Below are positions 52,047 through 62,272 of a stretch of DNA of 64,000 nucleotides, in pieces. The stretch is taken from positions 197,803 through 261,802 of the forward strand of contig JAQGDQ010000333.1 in NCBI GenBank assembly GCA_030141605.1, read 5' to 3'. A program made the position numbers and the translations under genes. Numbering within the stretch: position 1 is the first letter of the stretch; each line of letters opens with the position of its first letter. The notes below the pieces were generated by a model. It searched no databases. It saw only the letters and a program-made list of their open reading frames with translations, and was not told the DNA's origin. The stretch comes from Tubiluchus corallicola. Its lineage: Eukaryota > Animalia > Priapulida.

Positions 52047-53719
52047 GCATTAGGAGTCACTTGTAGTTTTTAACTTAGCAATTTGCAAAACAACGTACAA
52101 TAATATTAAATGGCCACTATTTAATGTTCAGTGAAAATCCATTAATTTAAATCTAATTAAGTGTATACTGAACATAAATGCTGCATGTAATACAGTCTAG
52201 CCTCATTATAATCTTGCCGTCCCCTTTATAATGCCAGCCTCGCTTAATGCCCAAATTTTTAGTAAAATGAAATACCTGCATTTGCATAGACATGTATTTA
52301 TTAATGTACCTCTTTGGAATGTCAAACTCACTGCAACTGCAACTTGCTTTTGCAGTCTCAAAGTTAATCCTAACAGCTGTAATTACATTAAATACCTAAA
52401 TTACCAAGTTATAATCATTTTTGAGCAATTACTTCAAGTTCACATTTATTCATGTAACCTGAATCCATATAGATTAGTATAGAATTTTTCTGATAATGTC
52501 AACAATTTAATTTGTTGTAGAAAGTGTGCAGGCACGTCTCGTTTTGCTGGGAAGATTACAGTATTTTTAACCGACTAATATTGCATTCTGCAGCAACAGC
52601 CAAACTATTGAAACATAGCACTAACAGGTCCTCTACTAATTGTGATTTTAATGCATTTTGTGTCTACCTCTTATTCAATTTAAAAAATGATGGTCTGTTA
52701 ATGCAGGCATTTTAAATAATGAATGCACATAGAAGACGTTCGTTTGTGATATGCCGGTTGTTCTCTGAAATATTCTCCGTCCATTTTTGTGTCACTGTTA
52801 GTAAGTCTTGCGTATTAGTTATGCTGAGATTGTATGTAATGTACATGTTTTGAACATTTAAATTATGAATTAAATGTGACCTTATTTAAAGTAACCAATG
52901 AAGAAGTGTTTTATGCAAATTCAGTGGCAGTTATGTATTTATAAAAACTTTATCTTTCCGCTGCATTGGAAGGACTATCAATCTTTATGTTAGTGAATGA
53001 CTGAAGAACACCTGTGTAATTCCTTTATTATTATGTGGCAGTTTTTTTGTGAGTCATTCTAGCAGGGACTTTACAATTTAAAAATTTTGTACCTGTAAAA
53101 CATGTACAGTATTTTAATTTTGACCATCTTCATATTTGGTTTTTTAATTATACAAATAGATATTTCTTTCGTTGTGTTCAATGAATATTAAAGAAGATTA
53201 ACCGAAAAGACGATGTTCAACTTGTGGACTATATGGTCCGATCCTATAATAAAATAATCGGGACTACTCACTATTGCTTGTGTCGAAATCGTCGTTACCA
53301 CCAAAAAAATATACCATAGATGCTAATGTAATATTCTCTAAAAAAATATAATCATCGGAATTTTAATATTGTTTACACGCACTATGGACGCAGCCATTAT
53401 GGATGCTCTTATGTTATGCACATCTTCGCTATACGGCAAGCACACCAGATGCTGACCGAAAGATAAACACAGGGCGATGAAACTTTAGAACCCGGTGAAT
53501 TCCCGGTTTGGAAAACAAGAAAATGAAAACAAAAAGGATCAAACATAAGCTGATAAATTAGATTAAATGTAGACAAACATATGCGCTGTTAAAAAAGAGC
53601 AAAACAAATTGATGAAATTATAATTAGAAGACTGAAAGTAACAAAGTGTAATGAACAGCCCACCCCTCGGTTACAATGCACAATCCATGGTAACTTAGCG
53701 ACGCCGACGCTCAGGCGGC

Positions 53720-53727
53720 TATATAAA
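53720..53727 (+). promoter_or_regulatory. LTR TATA box
   Basis: GGC-TATATAAA-GGGAGGG in a GC-rich context; repeated in the 3' LTR at 63121-63128. Confidence 0.75.
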
Positions 53728-53809
53728 GGGAGGGCCAGGCCATTGACCACACACATCCGAACATTTTCAAAGTGATAAAGAGCTACAGCAACTGAAGATT
53801 CATCTAAAC

Positions 53810-53832
53810 ATGGAAAAGAAGCAGGATGAGAA
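53810..53832 (+). CDS. LTR ATG mini-exon (MEKKQDE + phase-2 donor), putative first exon of ORF3; an 8-codon uORF when unspliced
   Basis: AAAC-ATG-GAAAAGAAGCAGGATGAGAA|GTAAGT: good Kozak context and consensus donor ~85 nt after the TATA box; phase matches the acceptor at 61323. Confidence 0.65.
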
Positions 53833-53899
53833 GTAAGTTTTAACTTACTAGATAAAGCTAGCTTTCAAAACTAGCTAGGATGTGTCAGGAATCTAGAAC

Positions 53900-54735
53900 C
53901 TAGAAAAGAGTTCCAGAAATGAAAAGAGTTCCAGAAACACTAGGTTCTAGAAACCAAAAGAGAAGCTAGAAAAGGGTTTCAGGATTAAAGCAGTTCCAGA
54001 GACAAAAAGAGTTCCAGAAAGTTTCTAGATTTAAAAGAGTTGCTGAGAGTTCCAGGAAAATCCAAGATTTAAAAGAGTTGCTGAGAGTTCCAGGAAAATC
54101 CAAGATCAAAAGAGTTCCAGTAATTTCCAGGAATTAAAAGAGTTCCAGTAATTTCCAGGAATTAAAAGAGTTCCAGAATTAAAAGAGTTGCAGAAATTTC
54201 CTGGAATTAAAAGAGTTGCAGAAATTTCCTGGAATTAAAAGAGTTGCAGAAATTTCCTGGAATTAAAAGAGTTGCAGAAAGTTCCAGAATTAAAAGAGTT
54301 GCAGAATTAAAAGAGTTGCAGAATAGAAGAGTTCCAGAATTAAAAGAGTTCCAGAATTAAAAGAGTTGCAGAATAAAAGAGTTCCAGAATTAAAAGAGTT
54401 GCAGAATAAAAGAGTTCCAGAATTAAAAGAGTTGCAGAATAGAAGAGTTCCAGAATTAAAAGAGTTGCAGAATAGAAGAGTTCCAGAATTAAAAGAGTTC
54501 CAGAATTAAAAGAGTTGCAGAATTAAAAGAGTTGCAGAATAAAAGAGTTCCAGAATTAAAAGAGTTGCAGAATTAAAAGAGTTGCAGAATAAAAGAGTTC
54601 CAGAATTAAAAGAGTTGCAGAATAGAAGAGTTCCAGAATGAAAGAGTTCCAGAATTAAAAGAGTTGCAGAATAGAAAAGTTGCAGAAAATTCCTGGAATG
54701 AAAAAGTTCCACTTAAAAAAAAAGTTGCAGATCAC
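53900..54735. repeat. Minisatellite inside the 5' LTR (16/17/28-bp variants of AAAAGAGTTSCAGAATT)
   Basis: Dozens of AAGAGTT(C/G)CAG cores in tandem. Confidence 0.95.
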
Positions 54736-55244
54736 AAGTCAGCTAGCTATTGATCCGGGGTTATTCGAGATCTTATACAAATAAGTGAAAGAAGAGACTG
54801 GATCATAGTTTTGCTCACTTTTAGTTAAATGTGGAACAGGAACATAGTACCTATACACAGGACTGGCATGAAAATTGCAACTGCTTAATCTTACTGAAAC
54901 CTGGACTCTAGCATTCTTTGCATGACCAATTGCAATTGCTATAGAAGATTTCTTTAACTAGAAACAAGAATAGTATTGATGATATTGTGGATTTTACCTA
55001 ACTAAAATTAGCTGTATTTTATAGTAAAGTCAATAGAATAAATTATTTTAATCTTAGTTCACTTGTTGTTGCTTTTACTCAGTTTAAATTTGAATTACAA
55101 GTAGCCTCAAGATATTGTCAAAGCTGAACCCAACATTTTTTTATGTAAAAATAAAGTAAAATAAAGTTAGTTGCAGAAGTCAATGATAGGTGGCACTTTA
55201 ACCTAATATCATACCCTTAAGCCGAGCTGTGCCACACTACATTT

Positions 55245-55262
55245 TGGGGGCTCGTCCGGGAT
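55245..55262 (+). other. Primer binding site, tRNA-Pro
   Basis: TGGGGGCTCGTCCGGGAT, the 18-nt complement of the tRNA-Pro 3' end (same as the MLV PBS), just after the LTR CA. Confidence 0.93.
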
Positions 55263-55332
55263 TTTGAATTTTGTTTTGAGGCATTGTGATTCAAACTGAG
55301 TAAGAACGGCAAGCTGTAATAAAATTGGTAAA

Positions 55333-56760
55333 ATGACAGCTATATTATCCTACTTAAAATCCTTTCTGACTTCCACTCCTAAAAGTAACACTGATACAAT
55401 TGTGGGAGCACAAAATACAGAGGTCCACATAGAAAATGCTATGCATAAGATGGAAACAGATGGAGCAGAACAAGATAGAAAATTCAGCAAGAGAAGAGCA
55501 ACACTCCCAGCAGCACTGCAAAACGAAGAAAGCTTGCAGCCGACTACATTACAGATAACACCATCTGTAAAACCAAAAACAACTTTATCCAATCTCGGTA
55601 CACCTAGTACTGAAAGCAAGCGAAAACGTGCGAGACATACAGGCTGGATTGAAGCACCACCTGTAGAAGTACATTCACCATGGTCAGAATGGTCAACAGA
55701 GGGAAATGCATCAGAAGCTGGTGAAGAAGTAGAACCAAGATGGCCACATATAAGTTATACAACACCAAATCAGCCTGAAGTTGGATGGACACCACTGCCC
55801 CATCTTACCAGACAGTCAACTCCAACTGCGACAACACAAGCAAAAGGAGCAGGCAAAATACGCAAAGAAAAGAAGCCTCCTACTTTTAAAACAGGAGATG
55901 GCTTGCAGTTCAGACAATTTATTGCAAAGTTTGAACTAGTTGCAAAACACAACAATTGGCCAAGAACTGAATGGGTTACCCACCTACCCTTATGCTTGGA
56001 AGGGGATGCACTTGAAGTTGCCATGGAAATGGATTTGGATTCTGGTGAAGTGACTTACATGTCACTCATCCAAGCACTGGGTAAACGCTTTGATCCAGCT
56101 GAACGCATGCTACAACATCGCAGTGAGCTGAGGCATCGAATGAGAAAATTAAGTGAAACTCCGGAAGAGTTTGGAGCTACAGTTCGACGTTTGTTTGGCT
56201 TAGCCTATCCTGGTTTGTCAAAAGAAGCTAGTGAAGCTTTACTAATTGATAAATACCTGGAAGGACTTGGTGACATAGAAGTCAGAAAGCATGCCAGCCT
56301 CCAGGAACCAAAAACGCTTGAGGATGCAATAACAAAAGTTGCACAATATGAGGCAGTGACTAAGGAGGCCGCCGAAGCTAGAAGCAAGAAGCCGCTACAA
56401 CCGAGAATCAACCAAGTGAATTATACACACAAAGCATCATCAAGCAAAGAAATAACTTTGGAAGAAATTATGAAAGAGCTGAACAGTGTAAAATACCAGC
56501 TGCGTGAACTCACTAATACTGAAAAACAAGAAAAGAAGTTTAATGTTGAATCAAATATGCAAAAACAAAATGAGGTGAGAAATCAAAATGACTGGCGTGC
56601 GAAGGTTGAATGTTACTACTGTCACAAGCCTGGACATGTGATGAGATTTTGCAGAGAAAGATTTCCCAAGATGACACAGTTTTTGATAGCTACATCTCCA
56701 AAAAGACCAAGAGAAGAAGCTGTTGGTTCTGAAAACCAGGTACATAAGCAGTTAAACTAA
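55333..56760 (+). CDS. gag: Gag, 475 aa
   Basis: Capsid-like FRQFIAKFELVAKHNNW...LEGDALE; CCHC knuckle CYYCHKPGHVMRFC; lies after the PBS. Confidence 0.92.
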   Translation: MTAILSYLKSFLTSTPKSNTDTIVGAQNTEVHIENAMHKMETDGAEQDRKFSKRRATLPAALQNEESLQPTTLQITPSVKPKTTLSNLGTPSTESKRKRARHTGWIEAPPVEVHSPWSEWSTEGNASEAGEEVEPRWPHISYTTPNQPEVGWTPLPHLTRQSTPTATTQAKGAGKIRKEKKPPTFKTGDGLQFRQFIAKFELVAKHNNWPRTEWVTHLPLCLEGDALEVAMEMDLDSGEVTYMSLIQALGKRFDPAERMLQHRSELRHRMRKLSETPEEFGATVRRLFGLAYPGLSKEASEALLIDKYLEGLGDIEVRKHASLQEPKTLEDAITKVAQYEAVTKEAAEARSKKPLQPRINQVNYTHKASSSKEITLEEIMKELNSVKYQLRELTNTEKQEKKFNVESNMQKQNEVRNQNDWRAKVECYYCHKPGHVMRFCRERFPKMTQFLIATSPKRPREEAVGSENQVHKQLN

Positions 56761-56837
56761 AGGAGACCGGACACGGGGCCAGTGTCCCGGTCATGAATAC
56801 ACAGGCCTCAGGAATACTACCTTGCACTGGCCCCGTG
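56751..56837 (+). other. -1 ribosomal frameshift signal (slippery site + pseudoknot)
   Basis: G_TTA_AAC (56751-56757), 7-nt spacer, stem GACCGGACAC/GTGTCCCGGTC, loop GGGGCCA complementary to TGGCCCC (56828-56834); the -1 frame is open into the protease. Confidence 0.8.
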
Positions 56838-59800
56838 ACGAGAAAGCAAGAGGTAGTTGTAGCTCTGAACAAAGAAGAAGTAGTTATTCCTCCTCACTCC
56901 GATCTGATAAAGAAGAGAAGTGAGAACATTGTAGTTCTACCAGTAGATTATAAATATTGTTGGCATGTAGAATTATTAATCAACAGTTTAGATGTAGATT
57001 TTGTAATCGATAGTGGAGCCAGTGCTAGCATATTAGATGTTTACATGTATTATAGTATTCCGGAAGAAGAAAGACCAGTCTTGAAAAGCACTGAAAAGAA
57101 TCTTCAAGCAGCTAGTGGACACACACTGATTCAAATGGGAGAAGCTGAATTCCAAGTTATATTAGCTGGAATAAGTACACACTGATTCAAATGGGAGAAG
57201 CTGAATTCCAAGTTATATTAGCTGGAATAAGTACCACTAGTACAATGATTGTCGCTTCCATTGGAGGGCCTTTCGGAATTTTAGGATTAGATTTTCTTGA
57301 ACCAAGAAGTGCTGTGCTAGATATGCAGCAAGGAATTCTCCATATTGGTGAAGTTACTATACAATGTTTCAAGAATTCAGTGGATAGTTCAGACTATGAA
57401 CATGAGTCTTCTTCAGATAATCAGATTGACTTAGTGTTGCCAGAAAATATTGGTGAAAGGGCAGCTCCAAAATCTCTGCTCCCTGAGCACTTGCATCAAC
57501 TAATAGAAGAAATCAGCTCTAAGCTTTCACCTAGCGAGCAATCTTCTCTCGTAAATTTGATACAGGAATATCAGGATATATTTGGGGGGCCTGATAATAA
57601 ATATGGCAGGACAAGCTTGGTAAGACACGTTATTGACACTGGTACTGAGCACCCAGTTAAACAAGCTCCGAGAAGACTGGCTGAACAGAAAAGAGCCATT
57701 GCTGAAGCTGAAATAAATAAAATGCTCAAAGAACAAATTATTGAACACAGCAACAGTCCCTGGGCCTCACCGATCGTGTTGGTGACTAAAAAGGATGGCT
57801 CCACACGATTTTGCGTTGATTATTGTCAGTTAAATGAAAAGACAATTAAAGATGGGTTTCCACTGCCAAACATTCAAGAGATTTTTGACACATTACGTGG
57901 GTCCCACTGGTTCTCTACTTTCGACCTAGCTAGCGGGTATTGGCAAGTTGAAATGGATGAAACGTCGAAGCCTAAAACAGCTTTTGTTACACGACAAGGA
58001 TTATTTCAGTTTCGAGTGATGCCGTTTGGCCTTTGTAATGCACCAGCCACATTTGAGAGGTTAATGGAAGAAGTACTTAGAGGCTTACAATGGAAGAATT
58101 GTCTTGTCTATCTCGATGATATTATTGTTTTTGGCAAAAACTTTGAAGAGGCTAAAAATAATTTAAAGACAGTATTTTCTCGCTTGAGGAAAGCAAATTT
58201 GAAAATCAAGCCATCAAAAAGCACACTGTTTCAGACAAGTGTTCGGTTCCTAGGGCATGTAGTGGATAGTCAAGGCATCCGATGTGATCCAGACAAAATA
58301 CTGGCTGTAAAGAATTGGACATTCCCAAAAACACCTACACAAGTACGTAGCTTCTTGGGATTTGCTTTATATTATAGAAAATTCATTCCACATTTTGCCT
58401 CAATTGCAGACCCCCTTACTGCCTTGACAAAGAAAGGAGCAACATTTATTTGGAATGATTCATGTATGGCAGCATTTAACACCTTAATAGATCTTTTAAC
58501 ACGAAGTCCTGCATTGGCATATCCAACACAGGAGGGAAAATTCATCTTAGATACAGATGCCAGTAACTCTGGGATTGGAGCTGTTTTATCCCAGTTACAA
58601 GTCGATGAAGAGAAAGTCATTGCTTATGCTAGTAGGACATTAAACCAGTCACAAAGGCAGTACTGTACTACAAAAAAAGAATTACTGGCTGTTATCACAT
58701 TTGTAAAACAATTCCACCATTATCTATGGGGAAGACATTTTAGGATTCGGACTGATCATGCAGCACTAACTTGGCTCATCAATTTCAAGAACCCAGAAGG
58801 TATGATAGCAAGATGGTTATCTATTTTAGACACTTATGATTTTAGTGTTGAGCATAGAAAAGGAACACAACATGGGAATGCTGATGGATTATCCAGAAAA
58901 CCAAATACAAGGGTTAGCAAATGCCCAAGAGAGGACTGTAATGACGACAGGCATAAAGGCACGAAAGAAGCCCACAGTTCTAAAGAAATTAGCAAGAGGA
59001 CACGTAACGATATTTTAAAAGTTCCAAACAATGCTGAGTGTGATTTTATCTATGCAATACCAGCTGGAAATGGAGAAGAGGAAAGCAGTAGTTTCAGAAA
59101 AGGTAAAGTAAGATGTAGAAAAGAATGCTTATGCATGGAAGGTAATTCCAGAAAGGGGGAAGATGGACTTGACAATGTTTATGAAGACCAGGAAGCAGCG
59201 CACAGACTGTGCATAACAGAGGCACCTACTTGTGGAAAGGATGCAGCGCACGACTTGTGTTCTGTAGAGGCTCCTGGTGATATCAGGGAAGCAGCGCAGA
59301 AATCGTGTTTGGTAGAGGCTCCTCCTCATATGGAAGAAGCAGCGCACGATTTGTGTTTAGGAGAGGCTCCCTATATGGCTGAGGAAGCAGCGCATGGTTC
59401 ATGTTTTGTAGTGGCTCCCAGCAGAATATTGGCAAGTCAAGAAATAGAGGTAGAAGATGAAGAAGAGAAAAAGTTTGTTTTAGATTTGTCAAGAGAAGAT
59501 GTTATTAACATGCAACAGGAAGAGGAAGCAGTTTTGTTATTCAAGGAGTTGAAAGAAGAAGATTTGGACCGACCCAGCTGGAAAGATGTGAAAGATAAAC
59601 ACCCAGATTTCAAGGCATACTGGAACTTGTTTGATGTATTAGAGGTACGAGATGGATTGCTGTACAAGAAGTGGGAAACAGATGTAACACCAAGTGCTCC
59701 TGTATACCAGATGGTTGTACCAACTGCATTACGAAGGAAATTATTTAGAGCTTTGCATGAAACCAGAACTGGTGCACACCAAGGAATACAGAGGAGTCTG

Positions 59801-61034
59801 TCATTATTAAAGCAACGGTATTACTGGCCAGGTTATCAGGCAGACATTAAAAGATGGTGCCTATATTGTGCTGCTTGTGCCAGAAGAAAACCTGGAAAAG
59901 GACCAAAAAGAGGTAAACTGCAACAACAGAGGGCAACTGGACCATTTGAAAGAATAGCAATAGACATTTTAGGACCACTAGAAGAGACTGATAAGAAAAA
60001 TAAGGTGGTGATGGTCGTCTGTGACTATTTTACAAAATGGGCCGAAGCCTATGCACTTCCTAATCACGAGGCATATACTGTTGCAGATGTGTTGGTGACC
60101 GAATTTATATGCAGGTTTGGAGTACCAATTCAAATACATAGTGACCAAGGGCCAGACTTTGAGTCAAAGTTATTTCAAGAAATGTGTGCTGCTTTGCAGA
60201 TTGACAAAACAAGGACAACCCCGTATCATCCACAATCAGATGGTCTCGTTGAGAGATTTATGAGGACATTACAGCAAATGCTGGCTATATTTGTTAACGA
60301 TCATCGTGATGACTGGGATGACCACCTCCCTTATGTCATGATGGCATACAGGGCAACCGCACATGCGTCTACCAATTGCTCGCCAAACTTAATGATGTTT
60401 GGTAGGGAAAACCATTTGCCATTAGATGTGATGGTGGGACCTCCACCACAGCCAGAAAGACCTACACAGTGTCCACAGGAATACGTAGAATGGATAAGAG
60501 ATGTTATAAAAGAGGCACACAATTTTGCTCGAGAATCACTGGGAAAAGCTGCAGAAAGACAAAAACGAGATTATGATCAATTTGTGAAAAGGCTTAGCAT
60601 TGATAAAGGTAACTGGGTATGGTACTGGTATCCACCAGCTACCAGGAGAAAATTAGGCCAAGGCTGGCAAGGCCCATATCTAGTACTAAAGAAGATTAAT
60701 AATGTGACATACCAAATCCAGAGAGATGCAAAAGCTCCTGTTAAAGTAGTTCATATTGACAACTTGAAGCTTTATCATACTGATGAACCACCAATAGACT
60801 GGACAGAAATAGAGAAACTAGCAAATTCTGATGATGAACAGCAACTAGAAGAATTTGAATTGAGTAGAATTTTTCCTACAGTTAATGAAGAAGTAGCAGA
60901 GAAAGAAGAAATGTATACAACAGGAACTACCACAATTCAAGAAAAAAAATGATGAACCGTCCAGTAGCACTTCTGACACAATGCTAGGAAGAGGACAGCG
61001 GATGAGGAAACCTCCAAACAGACTTGACCTATAA
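56751..61034 (+). CDS. pol: Pol polyprotein (PR-RT-RNase H-IN), interrupted as assembled by a 56-bp duplication and a +1 A
   Basis: PR FVIDSGAS; RT MPFGLCNAPATF and YLDD; RNase H ILDTDAS; IN HHCC, IAIDILGP, HSDQG, GLVERF, GPY. Track ORFs 56793-57185 and 57191-60952 fuse if one 56-bp copy is removed; the tail RGQRMRKPPNRLDL* (to 61034) is regained by removing one A at 60942-60949. Confidence 0.93.
57121..57232 (+). repeat. Perfect 56-bp tandem duplication in the protease region
   Basis: ACACACTGATTCAAATGGG...GGAATAAGT at 57121-57176 and 57177-57232. Confidence 0.95.
59192..59431 (+). repeat. Five in-frame 48-bp (16-aa) repeats in the RNase H-integrase linker
   Basis: Units start at 59192, 59240, 59288, 59336 and 59384: EAAHRLCITEAPTCGK / DAAHDLCSVEAPGDIR / EAAQKSCLVEAPPHME / EAAHDLCLGEAPYMAE / EAAHGSCFVVAPSRIL. 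Confidence 0.92.
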
Positions 61035-61285
61035 CTTAACCATATTTTCTTCCTTTCCTCTGCTGCTGCATTAATTTTCTGTTAAAAGCTGTTATCTGGA
61101 TTAGTTGCCCTGGGCAAGGCATTAAACTGCATCCAGCATAAGAAAAAAAAATATAGAAAAGTATGAGTTAGTGACACTTGATAATCACATGTCACTTAGA
61201 AATGTGTCACTTATTACAATTACAATGTAGAAAAAAAAGAAATAGGCAAAGGTACCTTAGTAAAAAAAAAACGTAACAGTGGAAA

Positions 61286-62272
61286 ATGAAGTTATTAAAA
61301 CACTGTTATTTTGTCTATTTTAGGAGGGAGACAGTGTACTGTTGTACAAACTGTGACTATAGGTCTCAAAGGACTGCCTATATGTCAAAACACTGGAAGG
61401 CATGTCATGGGAGTAGACAAATTCCCGCTACTTGGCCAACTAAGCGTCTTGAAAGGCCACCTCAGGCAACCTCTGTTGATAAAAGACCTCTGTCACCAGA
61501 AGGATCACCAAGATTGAGCCGCTCCAAATGGAGTACAACTAGTGACAGCAGTCTGGAAAGAAAAGACGGGAAGAAAGAGCGAGATTTAAAGAGTCATAAT
61601 CAGAGGTCGGAACAGGAAAGCAAAATCAAAACAGCAAAATCACCCAAAACAAAAAGAGGAACTTCCCCAGTTACAGTAAGGCCTGAGTTAAGTAATCCGA
61701 AGAACAGGGCCTTCAAGCCACCAACAAGCAACTCAACCTTCAGAAATTTCAGAAGCAGAAGTATTGTGAGGCAGAACAGCACCCATAACCTGACCAACCA
61801 AGTTAGAAAACCAACTAGACCTGCCTTACCACACTATAAACCATACAAGGAAACACAGTCGAAAAATCTGCCAGTATTCCTTGCACCGCAGTCGGACAAG
61901 GTGCCACGAAAAGCTCCACCTCCATGCACAGAGCTAGATCAGATAGTCATGAGGGAAAAGATATTAAAATTAAAAAATGAGATCATGGAACTAGAGGAGC
62001 GATGCAGGGTAGCAGCTCTAAATAAGTGGGAAGCAGTTTTAGAGAAGAAGAGTAAAGAAATTACGGAGAAGAAAGAAAAAGAGTGGAATGAGGCAGTTGA
62101 TCGTATGTATGAGAGAATGGAAACAACTGTAAGCAAGTTGGTGAGAAAGGAGGTGGAAAAGTTGGCTGAAAAGAAGAACACTGAAGGTCAACAACAAATG
62201 CCACCCACAAATACAGATATTTCTATAGATCTAGCTGTCTCCTCGGATGACTTCTCCAGTGAAGAGGACTAA
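61286..62272 (+). CDS. Retrotransposon ORF3: C2H2 zinc finger + basic disordered region + coiled coil + acidic tail (probably spliced, acceptor at 61323)
   Basis: Intact 328-codon ORF; C-TN-C-x12-H-x4-H; EK-rich helical C-terminal third; ends SSDDFSSEED; no signal peptide or TM segment; TTATTTTGTCTATTTTAG acceptor. Confidence 0.82.
   Translation: MKLLKHCYFVYFRRETVYCCTNCDYRSQRTAYMSKHWKACHGSRQIPATWPTKRLERPPQATSVDKRPLSPEGSPRLSRSKWSTTSDSSLERKDGKKERDLKSHNQRSEQESKIKTAKSPKTKRGTSPVTVRPELSNPKNRAFKPPTSNSTFRNFRSRSIVRQNSTHNLTNQVRKPTRPALPHYKPYKETQSKNLPVFLAPQSDKVPRKAPPPCTELDQIVMREKILKLKNEIMELEERCRVAALNKWEAVLEKKSKEITEKKEKEWNEAVDRMYERMETTVSKLVRKEVEKLAEKKNTEGQQQMPPTNTDISIDLAVSSDDFSSEED

Larger units (their letters stand above)
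53327..55241 (+). repeat. 5' LTR (1915 bp)
   Basis: TGTA...TACA termini, followed 3 nt later by the PBS; TATATAAA at 53720-53727; AATAAA at 55037-55042. Confidence 0.93.

Noticed and set aside
53900-54735. CRISPR-like array or coding ORF (54506-54712)
   Set aside because: Repeats abut without unique spacers, the context is a eukaryotic LTR, and the ORF is a repeat translation.
55350-62181. Antisense and alternate-frame ORFs over gag, pol and ORF3
   Set aside because: Short shadows of the coding strand with no motifs.
61286-62272. ORF3 as an envelope gene
   Set aside because: No signal peptide, fusion peptide or transmembrane anchor; it is hydrophilic and has a C2H2 finger.
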